A stretch of 63,876 bases of DNA, filler included, from Octopus bimaculoides (GCF_001194135.2; 7 parts of 6 records of this genome joined end to end with filler, not necessarily neighbours in it); one strand, 5' to 3'. Counted from the whole stretch's first letter, positions 1 to 14,019 are shown. Notes: generated by a model from the sequence alone, not told the origin. A program made the numbers and translations.

Positions 1-1337
1 ATATATATATATATACATATATATACACACACACACGACTGGCCTCTTTCAGTTTCCGTTTACTAAATCTACTCACAAGGCTTTGGTCGTCCCGAGGTTA
101 TAGTATTGTATGTATGAATGTATGTATCTATGTGTTTATATGGCTGTGTTTGTATGTATGTATTTTTAAAAAATGAATTCAGAGAGAAACCAGTGGCATG
201 TATACGAAAAGTGAAGAGAAATATAGGTATATCAAATACAATACAACAAATATTCTTAATTCATTAAAATTATGTCTGTCCCTCAGAAAATGCGCCACAA
301 TTACTAAATGGCAGTCGAGATTAACTCTACTGGGGAGAAATAATTTCAAGAGTCATGAACTCTCTAGAGCTCACAAGATGTTAATGAACAGGGCAGGTTT
401 ACTGTCTCAAGATAAGAAGACAGTCGTGTGCATGTGTTTCTGCCGCAATAGGCATCATCAGCATCACACATTTATAGAATAGGTAATTTACATAAATTAC
501 AAAAAAAGAAATGAGCTAAATAATTCAGAATGGTCACAGGCATGTATGTGAGCAGCATAGACAAATACAGGTCTATTAAATACCATACAACAAAAATTAT
601 AGACTTATCAAAATCATTTCTGCCTCTAGAAGATATGTCACAATTACCAGATGGTAATTAAGATCAAATATATATGCGAAGGAAGTGTGGGGAATATCAA
701 GAATCAATGATTCTACAAAATTGAGCTGGTTTCAGCTTCCATTTGCAATTGGAATATCTCCTCTAGAGGCGGAAATATCTTTAGTAAACCAAGAATTTGT
801 ATTGTGTGATAGTTAATATACATGTAATTTTCTATGTTATATGTATTTATTCAAATATATACATATATCTATATTATTTTTTTATTCTACACTTTACGGA
901 TTTATCATATATTCTTTTATTTTATATTTTATAGTGCTCTACTGCTAAAGTTTGATAAACAAATTGATAAGTAAATAGTTTATTTTTGATTTTACTGCAT
1001 TCATTCTCTGATTGTATTTATCTACTTATTTTCGTTTTGAATACGTTCCAAATATGGTTATTCTAGTATCTGTAAAGTGTAGAAACTTAACAAATACATT
1101 TCAAATCCGCTGCAATATCATGAGACAACTTGACTTTATTTAGCAGAGCTAGATAGATAGATAGATAGATATTTGCATTTAAACATGTTATATATCTTTC
1201 TATATGTGTGTGTCCGTGTGAGTGCGTGTGCGTGCGTGTGTGAATGTGTGTACGTGCGTGTGCACTTACGGATGTGTCTAGTAGTAGAAACATGAAAAGT
1301 AAAGTTCAAGAATACTGAAATACCTACTGTAGTATAA

Positions 1338-1512
1338 GGCGGCGAGCTGACAGAAACGTTAGCACGCCTTGCGAAATGCTTAGCGGTATTTCGTCTCTCT
1401 TTACGTTCTGAGGTCAAATTTTGCCTCTCATCCTTTCCGTGTCGATAAATTAAGTACTAGTTGCATACTGGTATCGATCTAAAAATTTCGAACCGTGTGC
1501 CTAGAGTAGAAA
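1338..1512 (+). mobile_element. tRNA-derived SINE with Meta/MESC-like domain (family B), internally deleted
   Basis: A-box-like GGCGAGCTGACAGAA, B-box-like GAGGTCAAATT, CATCCTTTCCGTGTCGATAAATTAAGTAC; matches about 20 other copies in the window. Confidence 0.8.
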
Positions 1513-2189
1513 AAAAAAGAAGAATATATACTGTAATATGTTTCGCTGTAATATATAACTGACTTTGATCATTACCGCACATGAAACTCTCGGTCTATGA
1601 GTCACTTATAAAGGTTTGGAACTGAATAATACACAAACGTACACACAAACTCAAAATGTGTGTGTGTGTGTGTGTGTGATGTAATGTAAAAGGTTGTGAT
1701 TGTTCAAAGTTTGCATAAGTGTTTGTCGGAGTGTTTGTCTTGCCAATTGTCTCCGAGTTTGTATAGAAAACATGATATTGCAATACAAAAGGTTTTTATT
1801 ATTCTCAAAGATAGTTTATCACAAACGTCTAGAAAAATCTACTTTATTATTTCCACTAAAAGAAGAGCTCCACTTCAGAATTACTTCTCTTAAGTATTAT
1901 TTAACCATTGTTTAGCCTAAGTTATTTATTCATGTGTGTATGAGTGTGTGTATCTATATATGTGTGTGAGTGTACACACACACACACGCATATATGTTTT
2001 CATTCATGAAAAACGCAAATATATTGGAATATATGTATGAGAGTGGCGGGGTTCAATTTTGTCTATCTATCTTTCTATTTGTCTATCTATCTACCTATCT
2101 ATCTATCTATCCATCTATCTGTCTGTCTATCTGTCTATCTATCACTATGTCCATCTGTCTGTCTGTCTATACACACACATACACAGACA

Positions 2190-2226
<37 letters not shown>

Positions 2227-2294
2227 CGTGCGATTGGTGAATTATCGCCATTTATATTTTTAATTGTGCTCATGCGCATTGTTTGTTTTTGATT

Positions 2295-2455
2295 TGGTCG
2301 ACTACATAGCATAGTAGGTTAGTTGGGCACCGTCTGTGAGAAAAAAAAACAGCACTATGACTGAAAGTACTGATCGTGGCACCATTCACCAACTTAAACG
2401 AGGGGACCGTCCAGAAAATTCCAAAGTCGTCTGGAGGCCGTCATTGAAGCGAATT
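2295..2455 (+). mobile_element. Tc1/mariner-superfamily transposase C-terminal relic
   Basis: Frameshifted translation gives LKVLIVAPFTNLNEGTVQK then QSRLEAVIEAN, matching the typical Tc1-like C-terminus after the LDY motif. Confidence 0.5.
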
Positions 2456-2595
2456 TATAGAATAAATTTATAGAATAAATTTACTCTTTAGTATTTCAAG
2501 ATATTTTTATGTAATTTTAGTGTTATTTTCATTTTCGCATAATTTAGACGACAGCTTATTCACTGCATCTTCTCCCCTTCTCTCACTCTCTTTAC

Positions 2596-2627
<32 letters not shown>

Positions 2628-2704
2628 ATGTGTGTGTATGTGTGTGCATACACACACACATACACACATATGTGTATCTATATATGTATGTATGTATGTA
2701 TGTA

Positions 2705-2758
<54 letters not shown>

Positions 2759-3132
2759 CACACACACACACATATTGTCTTTGGTTTTATTTTAATTTTA
2801 TTGTTCTACTCTGTTAAGCTTTGTTATGTATTTTTTCATGCGTTTTCACAGTATCTGGAACAAATTTATTGACTTGTTTAATATCACATATTTCTAGCCA
2901 TAATATGTTATTTTACAACTTTCCACATAAGTTTTATATTTTTATATGTCAAGTAATAGAAAATTTCTATGAAACAATATAGTCAATTGAAATTCGAACT
3001 TCTAGATGTACTGTCAGAGATCAATCTCATTGCTGTGATTTAACCCCTAAATTAATGCGATCGAAATTAGCTATGATCTAACACGTTCCACCCGTGACTA
3101 GACGTTTTATATTTAGGCAGGTATCCTAAATA

Positions 3133-3517
3133 GTTGTTGGCACTCCGTCACTTACGACGTTGAGAGTTCCAGTTGATCCGATCAACAGAACAGCCTGCTC
3201 GTGAAATTAACGTGCAAGTGGCTGAGCACTCCACAGGCACGTGTACCCTTAACGTAGTTCTCAGGGATATTCAGCGTGACACAGGGTGACAAGGCTGACA
3301 CTTTGAATTATAGGCACAACAGAAACAGGAAGTAAGAGTGAGAGAAAGTTGTGGTGAAAGAGTACAGCACGGTTCACCACCATCTCCTGCAAGAGCCTGG
3401 TGGAGCTTTAGGTGTTTTCGCTCAATAAACACTCACAACGCCTGGTATGAGAATCGAAACCGCGATCCTATGACCGCGAGTCCGCTGCCCTTTGCGACTG
3501 GGCCATTGCGACTCCAC
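3133..3517 (-). mobile_element. tRNA-derived SINE with Deu/Nin-like domain (family C)
   Basis: Full-length homolog of 59775-60159 and 61226-61595; tRNA-like head GTGGAG..CAATGGCCCAGT, body CTGTGGAGTGCTCAGCCACTTGCACGTTAATTTCACGAGCAGG. Confidence 0.8.
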
Positions 3518-3529
3518 TCTAAATAGATC

Positions 3530-3705
3530 CTTTCTACTATAGGCACAAGGAGGATGGGGATAGTTGACTACATCAACCCCAGTACTCAATTGATACTTAA
3601 TTTATGAAAGGTAAATTTGACCTCGGCGGAATTTGAAGCCAGAACGTGCAGACGGCTGAAGTACCGCAAAACATTTTGCCCGACGTGCGAATGATTCTGC
3701 CAGTC
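3530..3705 (-). mobile_element. Family B (Meta-like) SINE, decayed
   Basis: Reverse complement of the family B head and body (GACCTCGGCGGAATTTGAAGCCAGAACGT). Confidence 0.7.
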
Positions 3706-3914
3706 GACGATGTTTCTACATTTTTAAGATAAAAGATACTTTTTAAGGGCAGTTTGTTTGTTATTTTCAACTGCTTAATTTGTCGGTGTTCCTTTGGTAG
3801 TTGTTGCTGTACAGTTAATATTGCTGGCTGCTGTTATTGTTTTTTGTAATTGGTTTTGTTAGTGTTTTCTTCCTTTAGTTTTCTTGAATCCATGTTTAAA
3901 TCAGCATATCTCGC

Positions 3915-4650
3915 AGATGTGGTAATAAGTTTGCTTTACAACCACATGGTTTCAGGTTCAGTCCCACTGCATGGTATCTTGTCAAGTGTCTCTACTATAG
4001 GCTAGCGCCGATTAAAGGCACGTCAGTGGATTTAATAGATGGAAACTGAAAGCAGCCTATTGTATTTATTTGTGTGTTTGCGTGTGTGCTTGTGCGCGCG
4101 CGCTCACGTGCGTGAGTGTACGCATGTCTTTGTGTTTGTGCTCATCCACCACCGCTTGAAACCGGTGTTGGTGTGTTTATGTCCTCGTAATGTTCCAGGC
4201 TTTAAGAAATTATAAATAAGTATATGGTTCCGGGTTTAGACCCATTGCGTAGCACCTCGGGTATGTGTCTTCTGCTATAGCCTCGGGTCGACCAAAGCCA
4301 TGTGAGTGCGTTTGGTGGACAGAATCTAAAAGAAGCCCGTCGTGTGTATATGTTTATGTGAGTGCGTGTGTGTGTGTGTGAGTGCGTGTGCGTGCGTAAG
4401 CGTTTGTTTGTGTGTGCGTCTGTGTGTGTCTTTGTGCTTGTGTTTGTCCTCCACCATCACTCGGCAGCCGGTGTTGGTGTGTTTACGTCCCCGTAACTTA
4501 GCGCTTCGGAAAAAAAGACCGATACAATAAGGACCAGGCTTTAAATAAATAAAAATAAGTACTGGGCTCGATTTTCTCAACTGAATTTCTTCAGGGCGAT
4601 GCCCATAGCATGGCCGTAGTCTTATGACTGGAACAAATGAAAGATAGAAG
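3915..4650 (+). mobile_element. Two tandem decayed CORE-like tRNA SINEs (family A) with internal (GT)n and a second 3' module
   Basis: GGTTCAGTCCCACTGC..CAAGTGTCT..CTATAG..GGAAACTGAAAGAAGCCCGTCG repeated; 3' module CCACCATC..GGTGTTGGTGTGTTTACGTCCCCGTAACTTAGC..GCATGGCCG..ATGACTGGAAC. Confidence 0.75.
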
Positions 4651-4733
4651 ACATTTCAGTTCGGCCAATAACCCTTTTATTTCCCTTTCCAATTGTGTAT
4701 AGTGTATTTAGAGCTACCATATCCAATCTTATT

Positions 4734-4937
4734 GGCGAGCTGGCAGAAACGTTAGCACGCCAGGTGAAATGCTTAGCGGTATTTCGTCTATCTTTACGCT
4801 CTGAGTTCAAATTCCACCGAAGTCGACTTTGCCTTTCGGGGTCGATAAATTAAGTATCAGTTGCGTACTGGGGTCGATCTAATCGACTGGACCTCTCCCA
4901 AAAAATTTCGAGCCGTGTGTCTAGAGTAGAAAAGAAT
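4734..4937 (+). mobile_element. Family B (Meta-like) SINE
   Basis: GGCGAGCTGGCAGAAACGTTAGCACGCC..GAGTTCAAATTCC..GGGGTCGATAAATTAAGTATCAG..CTAGAGTAGAAAAGAAT. Confidence 0.85.
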
Positions 4938-5390
4938 ATGGTATTACAAAACAACAGATTTTATTATTCAAAGATTTCATCAGAAATCTCTTGTAAGATC
5001 TGTAGTGTCATCTCCATTATGGAAAGAGCATTAGTTCGGTTTCACATTTCTTAAGCATTATTTGTTTCCTTATTTAAAAGAGTGGGATACTGCTTGAAAA
5101 TTTGGCTGCTGTTTCTAGCAGTTAGAACAACTCAATAGGTGTATTATTAACGTTGTTGGTTGGTAATAGGGGTTGTTTCCATTTGGCAAATCATACAACT
5201 GTGAAGAAATACGTGTAAAAATTACTTGAGAAAATATCTGTTTATATTATAGAATCATGAAAAGCGTGAGAAAATGGACTGCTTTTGTTTTTTCTTTTTT
5301 TAATCAAATCATTCGTGTCATGATTGCTGGAGATTCAGCAAAATAACTGTGAAGTCAGACGTTGGTCTTTTAAATACAGATCAATTGATC

Positions 5391-5463
<73 letters not shown>

Positions 5464-5959
5464 TGTGTGTGTGTGTGTAACAATTTCTGCTTTTTGTTCT
5501 ACACACACAAACATACGCAGCATAAAAGTACAAATTCATGCATACACATCACACTCATACACACATGTATGTATGTATATATGTATGTATGTATGCGTGT
5601 GCGCGTATGTGTGTGCGTGTGTGATGTGTGTGCGTATGTGTGTGTGTATTACATATATAAATGTGTGTGTGTGTGTGTGTGTGAAAATATATATACATGT
5701 ATATATGTATGTTTGTGTGAATTAATTCTAGGGTTAGCATGTTTCATGCAATGAGCAATAAAAAGTTAAATGGAAATATTTGAAATATTTATGCAGTGAG
5801 GAGAAAGCAATATCAGTTACTGACTGAGGTGGCTGGATCTGCAGATTCGTCGGAGTGTTGCAGTATTTCTTCAGTCTAAGTTCAATTTCCACTGATGTCA
5901 ACTTTGAACTTTATCTTCTTGATGTTGATAAAATAAATTACCATCCAAACACTGTCATA

Positions 5960-6405
5960 ACACTCTGTGTTATAGGCAAAAGGCCTGATTTTATGATGGG
6001 TGGGTGGTGATAAGTCGATTACATCGATCACAGTATGCAACTAGTACTTATCTCGTCGACCCCGAAAGGACGAAAGATAAATTCGAGTTCGGATGGATTT
6101 GAACTCAGAACGTAAAGATGGGCGAAATGCCGCAAAGCATTTTGACCCACGTGTTAACGTTTCTGCCACCTCGCTACCTTAAATACTGAAGTCATAATCC
6201 TTTCTACTAATGGCACAAGGCCTGAAATTTGGCGGGAGGGGATAAATCGATTATATCGACCCCAGTGTTTCACTGGTACTTAATTTAGCGACCACGAAAG
6301 GATGAAAGGTAAAGTCGACCTCGGTGCAATTTGAACTTAGAACGTAGCGACGGGCGAAATGCCGCAAAGCATTTTGGCCCACGTGTTAATGATTCTGCCA
6401 GCTCG
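5960..6405 (-). mobile_element. Two head-to-tail family B SINEs
   Basis: Two reverse-complement copies (5960-6178, 6198-6405), each with CCCGAAAGGA / CCACGAAAGGA and GAACTCAGAACGT / GAACTTAGAACGT. Confidence 0.8.
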
Positions 6406-6789
6406 CTATTTTAAAAAACTGAAGTTTTTTTATTTTTTATTATCAACTGTTCCCCAATCCTTGAATCAATCGAAGAAAGCAATATTAGTCAGAGGCTAAT
6501 AATATTTTAACTACTGTGACAAATTGAAGAAATAGGCCCTGTCATGATTAAGTTTTCTTATAGGTTCTCAGAGAAAAATATACATCATGGGGTATGTCCA
6601 AATAGTGATAAGAGTAGACTTACAAAGATGTACAGTATGCCATACGATTAGGCTTGCTCAAACATACACACGACAAAACTTCTGCTAATTTTTTAATCAT
6701 TCCCTGCACTTTACCGTGGAGTAGACAAACGCCGATGTATGGTGAGAGAATTTTATATCTATTAATACTAATATATATTGATTTTCTAA

Positions 6790-6987
6790 TTTTGGTACCA
6801 GGTCAGCAATTTCGTGGGAGGCGCAGATCGATTACATAGACTCCAGGGCTCAGCTGGTACCTATTTTTTTGACTCCGAAAGAGAGAAAAGGAAAAATTGA
6901 CCTAGGCGGAATTTGAACTCAGAACGTAAAAACGGACAAAATCACGATAAGCATTTTGTCCGGCGTGCTAACGATTCTGCCAGCTCC
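6790..6987 (-). mobile_element. Family B SINE
   Basis: GGCGGAATTTGAACTCAGAACGT..CGGCGTGCTAACGATTCTGCCAGCTC. Confidence 0.8.
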
Positions 6988-7002
6988 ACTAATATATATT
7001 AA

Positions 7003-8305
7003 CTAGAAGCTAAACCCGGTTTCACCCGGCCTGTTTGGATGATGTGGCTGTGATCGTTTTTGGTTAGGCATAATCTATAACAGCGTTTCTCAACCTTATC
7101 ATTTCGGGTCCCCTGTTTCGATTGGAGCCTCTAGCTGTATGAAGATTTCATCACCCCACCTGTCAGAAAATGGCTTCAGGAGTTGTGAAGAAAGAATTTG
7201 TACGTAGTCTGTTTCTGAGAGCTATTCTATTGGACGGCTGTGTAATCATTAAAACATTTATATGAACATAGAAAGAAATTATACATTAATCCCAATTTTT
7301 GTAAGAAGTTGTTTCCGAAAAAATGCTATTTGCAGAGAGCAGAAATTGAAAGATATATGAAATGGAAGTGCGCGCGCGCGCGTATGTGTGCGTGTGTGTG
7401 CATGTGAGAGAGAAAGAGGGTGAGAAAGAGAGATAGAGTGAATGAGTGAAGTTGTGTGTCTTTGATTTACGTTGGCTGGCACGGCAAGTACGAAGATGAT
7501 TGGGGTGATTTGGATGTGAAGCAATGCCATCTTTTCAGTGGAGCGCTTCTTTGTAGGCAACGTTTCTCGTTTTCCCTTCTGATGCACAAATGTATAGACT
7601 TTGTGGTCTACCAACACGGGAACATCCAACGTAATGTTGACCGTGGGAGAACACTTGTTCTGTGAGATTTAAACCAACCATTTGCAATGATTGAACCTGT
7701 GCCTTATCTATTGCCATTGCAAAGGAGAGTTTGATTGGAAATTGAAGCCGCTTAAACTTGTAGATGGTTTCCTGTAAAACTTGGGAGTGTAAATTTTGAT
7801 TATCATGCACGTGCCGTTACACATTATTGCAGCATCCAAATACCCCAGCAGCATGATGGGCGCCCTTCCTCAGAACTTTCCAGGAAGTAATTCGCCCCCT
7901 CCTCGGATCTTTCCACGAAATAATTCCTCCCCTCCCTCGGAACTTTCCATAGCAGCCAAATCTCCCTAATGTATTCATGCGCCAATTCTGCGTTTGAATG
8001 AGAGAAAGTTTAAGTTGTGTAAGCAACTGGTCAAAAAAGGGGAATTGCTTTAGAAATAGTTTTTATCGCTGTTCTCAGTTAGTATGGGCGCTAGGAAAAT
8101 GCAGAAGAGTCATTAAGGTGTTGACGTTAAGAATTGCTTTAACAGAAAATGAAGCTCTTAGAATTAACGGGGAAATTGTATGTAAGAATTACTAGCAGTG
8201 GAAGAATCATTATGCGTGCGTATGTCTGTGTGTGTGTATGCTTGATGGAGTGTGTGAGACAGAGAGAGTAATGTTGATGGTGTGTGTGTATATGAAAGAG
8301 AGAAA

Positions 8306-8359
<54 letters not shown>

Positions 8360-8696
8360 TAACTGAAATTTTCCATTCAGTTTTTGTAGTGAGTGAATGT
8401 GTGAGCGATTGACAGAGAAAAACCAAGAGAGAGAGTGTGTAATTATTTATTTATGTATGTATGTATGTGTGAATGGCTTCAGTGACACACACTCGCATAC
8501 ACGCACGCACGGAGGTTGTTTTAATCGATTTTCTCGGTAACTATGGGGACTAGGGAAAAATACAAAACACGTTCCAATCTATGCACCCGTCTCCACATGT
8601 GTGCCATTTTTCACGCGAATCCACCCAGCCGTTTGGCCGTGAACCTCGAGACAAGAAAGAATACAACGGTCGCCCATGTTCAATTTATACTATAGA
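7003..8696 (-). mobile_element. Non-autonomous Helitron with both termini and a PIF1-helicase C-terminal remnant
   Basis: Minus strand starts A|TCTATAGTAT at 8696 and ends with GC-rich hairpin CCGGGTGAAACCGGG + CTAG|T at 7003; ORF 7535-7810 gives FKRLQFPIKLSFAMAIDKAQVQSL..FSHGQHYVGCSRV (PIF1 motifs V-VI). Confidence 0.75.
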
Positions 8697-10188
8697 TGAC
8701 ACTTCCAAGAGTATAATAAGTAAAGAAGGTTTCGTGAAATTCGGATGATTCCTTGATGCGAACTCCAGGCTAAAAGGAATTTTAGAGCTGAAAAATAATC
8801 CAGAAAATGCGAAGTATTCCACGCAAGCTCAAATCCCAGAAAACGTCTATCAGTCGAGAATATAAAATAAAATGACTGTAACACTGTATCGACCAAACTG
8901 TCAGCTCTTGTTACACATCGCTGGTCACAATGCGATTCATTGCCTTGTTGTAGCTTCGAATGATGACAGCCTGCTAGCTATGCAGGCAGATCAGCATTCA
9001 CCAAGTACGGAAGGATGGTTTGTCGCAAGGTTACCTGGTTACAACTGAGATAATTGTAGGAACATAAAATGAAGTGTCTTGTTCGCCAAACACATCGCAC
9101 TTCCGGTGTATGTATAAATGTATGTACGTATGAATGTATGTATGCATATGTGTGTGTGCATGTATGTATGTATGTATGTATGTATGTATTTATGTATGTG
9201 TCCATGGATGCATGTATGTGTCCATGGATGCATGTATGCATGCATGAATATATATATGTATGTACGTGTGTATTAAATTGACCCCGGTACTTCATGCTGC
9301 TTTAGTGATAAATCCCAGAAAGATGGAAGGAAAAATGGGCCGCAATGGAAATTGAACTGAGAATGTAAAACTCAGTAACGAAGCAGACAACGTATTCTAT
9401 CAGGCGCTTTAACTATTCCTCCGATCCATTTATTGTACATATGTTCAAGCGGCAATTGTTACAAAGAACTCAGACTGAAAGTAGAATTGTAAAGCTGAGC
9501 AACTTCTGGTTATGTGTGAAGGAATATGTGCGCATGTGTGTGTATATGTGTGTGTGTGTGTGTATGTGCGACTGATTGGCTGAATGTGTGTTTTTGTGTC
9601 AACACGTACGCGTGTTTGTGCAATCGTTTTTTGTTTTCTTTTCAGTGATTTATACATTTATCCATAAATTCCCATTGTGTCAAACCATGTATATGTTTAC
9701 ATAAACACGAATTGCATATTTAATACATGTTGATAACAGCGACAGCAACAACAACAACAACAAGAACTAAAGCAGTAAGTACACGAACAACATTATCTGT
9801 AACAATAAAAGATTTGCTTTATAGGGAAAAAAATGAAATTATATATTCAATAATTTTAAATTCAGTACAAAATAATAAAATATAGAAATCACCTACATTT
9901 GGCTAATATATTTTGAAATGTCTTTTGAAACTGCATGTGAAATATTCAATACCTTTGTTACATTTTGGATCAATTCTATTTTCATTACTATTGAATAAAC
10001 TGTTAGCAAACATTTTGATGTATATTCTTCGTTTTCTTCTTTATCAAAATAACAGTAATTGCAGTAACATCATTCACAAAGTTGTTGTCGAGGAGGATGA
10101 TGATGATGATGATGATATTGATGATGATATTGATGATGATGATGATGAGGAGGAGGAGGAGGAGGATTATAAATATAGTAGGTGCAGG

Positions 10189-10322
10189 AGGGGCTGTGTG
10201 GTAAGTAGCTTGCTTACCAACCACAAGGTTCCCGGTTCAGTCCCACTGCGTGGTACGTTGGTCAAGTGTCTTCTACTATAGCCTCGGGCCAACCAAAGCC
10301 TTGTGAGTGAATTTGGTAGACG
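10189..10322 (+). mobile_element. Family A (CORE-like) SINE, 5' module
   Basis: GGCTGTGTGGTAAGTAGCTTGC..GGTTCAGTCCC..GGTCAAGTGTCTTCTACTATAGCC. Confidence 0.8.
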
Positions 10323-10403
10323 TATACATATATATATATAATATATACTTTCGTTATTTACACCACCTGTCCTCGTCTGTTGTTATTATTTGTATATTCT
10401 CCC

Positions 10404-10443
<40 letters not shown>

Positions 10444-10607
10444 NNNNNNNNNNNNNNNNNNNNNNNNNNNNNNNNNNNNNNNNNNNNNNNNNNNNNNNNN
10501 NNNNNNNNNNNNNNNNNNNNNNNNNNNNNNNNNNNNNNNNNNNNNNNNNNNNNNNNNNNNNNNNNNNNNNNNNNNNNNNNNNNNNNNNNNNNNNNNNNNN
10601 NNNNNNN

Positions 10608-10715
<108 letters not shown>

Positions 10716-10764
10716 TATTATTATTATTGAAATTATTATTATTATTATTATTATTATTATTGAC

Positions 10765-11030
10765 TAGTTTTCTTTTCATCACGTGCTTCCACTGTACTAC
10801 CGAGAGTAGCTCTATATGCCTTGGGTATGTGTTGTGGCTTGTCGTGGGTGCATTTATTTTCACTGTATTGGAAGTCCTTTACGAAGGATGCATGCGGTGC
10901 CTAGTGGTGCTATTTTCTCTATTTCATATACATTCGTATGTCCTGGTGTTTTGGTTATGTATTATATGCCATCATCCAGGCTCATTCGACGGAGTAACTT
11001 GTTTTGCTGATCCTACCAATAATGGAACAG
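10765..11030 (-). mobile_element. 3' end of REL-endonuclease (NeSL/HERO-like) non-LTR retrotransposon with (TAA)n tail
   Basis: Minus translation EIEKIAPLGTACILRKGLPIQ*; homologous to 63560-63876; abuts a (TTA)n run. Confidence 0.65.
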
Positions 11031-11040
11031 TACACTACGC

Positions 11041-11074
<34 letters not shown>

Positions 11075-11501
11075 NNNNNNNNNNNNNNNNNNNNNNNNNN
11101 NNNNNNNNNNNNNNNNNNNNNNNNNNNNNNNNNNNNNNNNNNNNNNNNNNNNNNNNNNNNNNNNNNNNNNNNNNNNNNNNNNNNNNNNNNNNNNNNNNNN
11201 NNNNNNNNNNNNNNNNNNNNNNNNNNNNNNNNNNNNNNNNNNNNNNNNNNNNNNNNNNNNNNNNNNNNNNNNNNNNNNNNNNNNNNNNNNNNNNNNNNNN
11301 NNNNNNNNNNNNNNNNNNNNNNNNNNNNNNNNNNNNNNNNNNNNNNNNNNNNNNNNNNNNNNNNNNNNNNNNNNNNNNNNNNNNNNNNNNNNNNNNNNNN
11401 NNNNNNNNNNNNNNNNNNNNNNNNNNNNNNNNNNNNNNNNNNNNNNNNNNNNNNNNNNNNNNNNNNNNNNNNNNNNNNNNNNNNNNNNNNNNNNNNNNNN
11501 N

Positions 11502-11553
<52 letters not shown>

Positions 11554-12815
11554 AAGATATATATATATATATACATATCTATATATATAAATATGTATGT
11601 ATGTATGTATGTTTGTATGTATGTACCTATGTATATCTACACTCATGTAACTATATTCTTGCGTGTGTATGAACATGCATATAGACATGTATATCCAAAC
11701 ATTTTTGTATATGTGTATATACATATATATATAAAGAGAGAGGGGGAGAGAGAGAGGGAGAGAGAGAGGGAGAGGGAGAGAGAGGGAGAGAGANNNNNNN
11801 NNNNNNNNNNNNNNNNNNNNNNNNNNNNNNNNNNNNNNNNNNNNNNNNNNNNNNNNNNNNNNNNNNNNNNNNNNNNNNNNNNNNNNNNNNNNNNNNNNNN
11901 NNNNNNNNNNNNNNNNNNNNNNNNNNNNNNNNNNNNNGGAGAGAGAGGGAGAGAGAGAGAGGGGGAGAGAGAGAGAGAGAGAGAGGGAGAGCTGGATATT
12001 GTGTGCGTGTATAGATACATATATAATATACATATATGTGTATATACAGATATGTATGTATGCATACATCACGTAAACACTGCATATATATACATAGACA
12101 TAGATTTACGTGTGTGTTTTTTATATATATGTATATAAATATATATATGCATTCATATACATATATGTATGTATGAATGTATGTATGTATGTATGTATGT
12201 ATATTTATTCTTCATGGCCCATTTAACGTGACTGTCTTCTAAGAGATGGCGATACTACCATTACATCCCAGTAAGACATCTCCTCTAGCTTGTTTATTCA
12301 GCGCACTTTTCAAACGGGGGATAACTCCTGTCACCCTAAATCTGAGACCACCAGACCACGTCGTTTCGATCTGCATTGGTACTCCTCGGTGACGGGTACT
12401 CGGTCGTCAGGTATGGCAGCAGTTTAACCTCGCTTGCAACATGTAGAAAATACAATATCATATATACATTTATCCTTATATTTATATATACATATTTTTG
12501 CACAATTACATCGTATACATCTATATATATTCTTTTATTGTTTTCCTGATTTTAGCTTGAGGCGGAGAACATGTATACATAAGTATACATGTGTGTGCGT
12601 GTGTATGTGTGTGTATGTGTGTTAGTATGTATAAGTGTATGTGTGCGTGCGTGCGTGCGTGCGTGCATGCGTATGTGTGTGTGTTCTTGTGTGCATGTGC
12701 GTATTCGTGGTTTGGCGTAAAAAAAACATTTGAGATTTCTTCATATCTTCAGAATATGAAAATATGCAGAATATCTCTTGTCTCATTCTTTCTTTCGTTT
12801 TCTCTGAGTTTTTCT

Positions 12816-12856
<41 letters not shown>

Positions 12857-14019
12857 TTATATATATATGCATATATATATGCGTGTGTCTATACATATAT
12901 ATTTTTATTTATATTTACATATATACATATACGATATATTTAGAGAGAGAGACATATGTTCCTGTGTATATACATATAATTATATATCTATGCATATATA
13001 TATGTATATATATATTTATATATACACACACATATATATATATATTTATATGTATATGTACATTTATATATACACATATATACATATAAGCATTCATATT
13101 AATATACATGTATATGCTCATAAACATATAACATACATACATACATACATATATGTATATATTTCAAATTCTAATATATATGCCAGATGATGCTTTTATC
13201 CAGATGTGCCAAGATTTTTAAAATATTACCTTAATGTAGTTTTTTGTTTCAATTTTTTTAAGGGGTGACAATTGTTGTTGTTGTTGTTGTTGTTTTACAC
13301 GATGGCGTTGTTTTATTCACTTACATATTTCTTAGTTTGTATTTTCACTCCATCGTGACTTGTTTGTTATTTTGAAATGTGTTGATAAAACAAATTTAAA
13401 TAAATAGAGCATTTGTTAACGTAAAAGTATTAGGTAGATTATTTATATATATATATATATATATATATNNNNNNNNNNNNNNNNNNNNNNNNNNNNNNNN
13501 NNNNNNNNNNNNNNNNNNNNNNNNNNNNNNNNNNNNNNNNNNNNNNNNNNNNATATAAGAAAAAATATAAACGCTTAAGATATATATTTATGAAAGCAAA
13601 AGAAAAAGAGCTTAAAATTTTCTAGTGATTTTGCTTTATCCTTTCCTCTTCACTGACAATGCACTCATAACTTGAAAAGAATAAATGGTTAAATTGTTAA
13701 ATTGTCTACTTCTAGGATACATTCTAGTCATGTACGTTTTCTGAGAGACAAAAAAGTGAAAAAAAAAAAAAAAAAATTGGGTGATGATGACAATGATGAT
13801 GATTCCCCACCACCACCCCGACGATGATCATCATCATCATTATGAAGAAGTCGACTAAGGTTAGGTTGGATGTGTTTGTTAATGATGTTGGTGACAATGG
13901 TAAAGACAAGGAGGAAAAAATATTAATATAATCAATAACAATGATAATTTCAACAATTTCTGTAAAAGTAATGGATAAATATATTACTAGTAATAGTATT
14001 AGTAACCAACTTGATAATG

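Noticed and set aside
8696-8867. Frame with a single TGA (DTSKSIISKEGFVKFG*FLDANSRLKG..) as a selenoprotein exon
   Set aside because: It abuts the Helitron end, shows no redox motif and no SECIS could be identified; chance is more likely
9913-10281. 122-aa ORF with a poly-D/E tract
   Set aside because: Built from (GAT)n/(GAG)n microsatellites running into a SINE head; no splice or codon support
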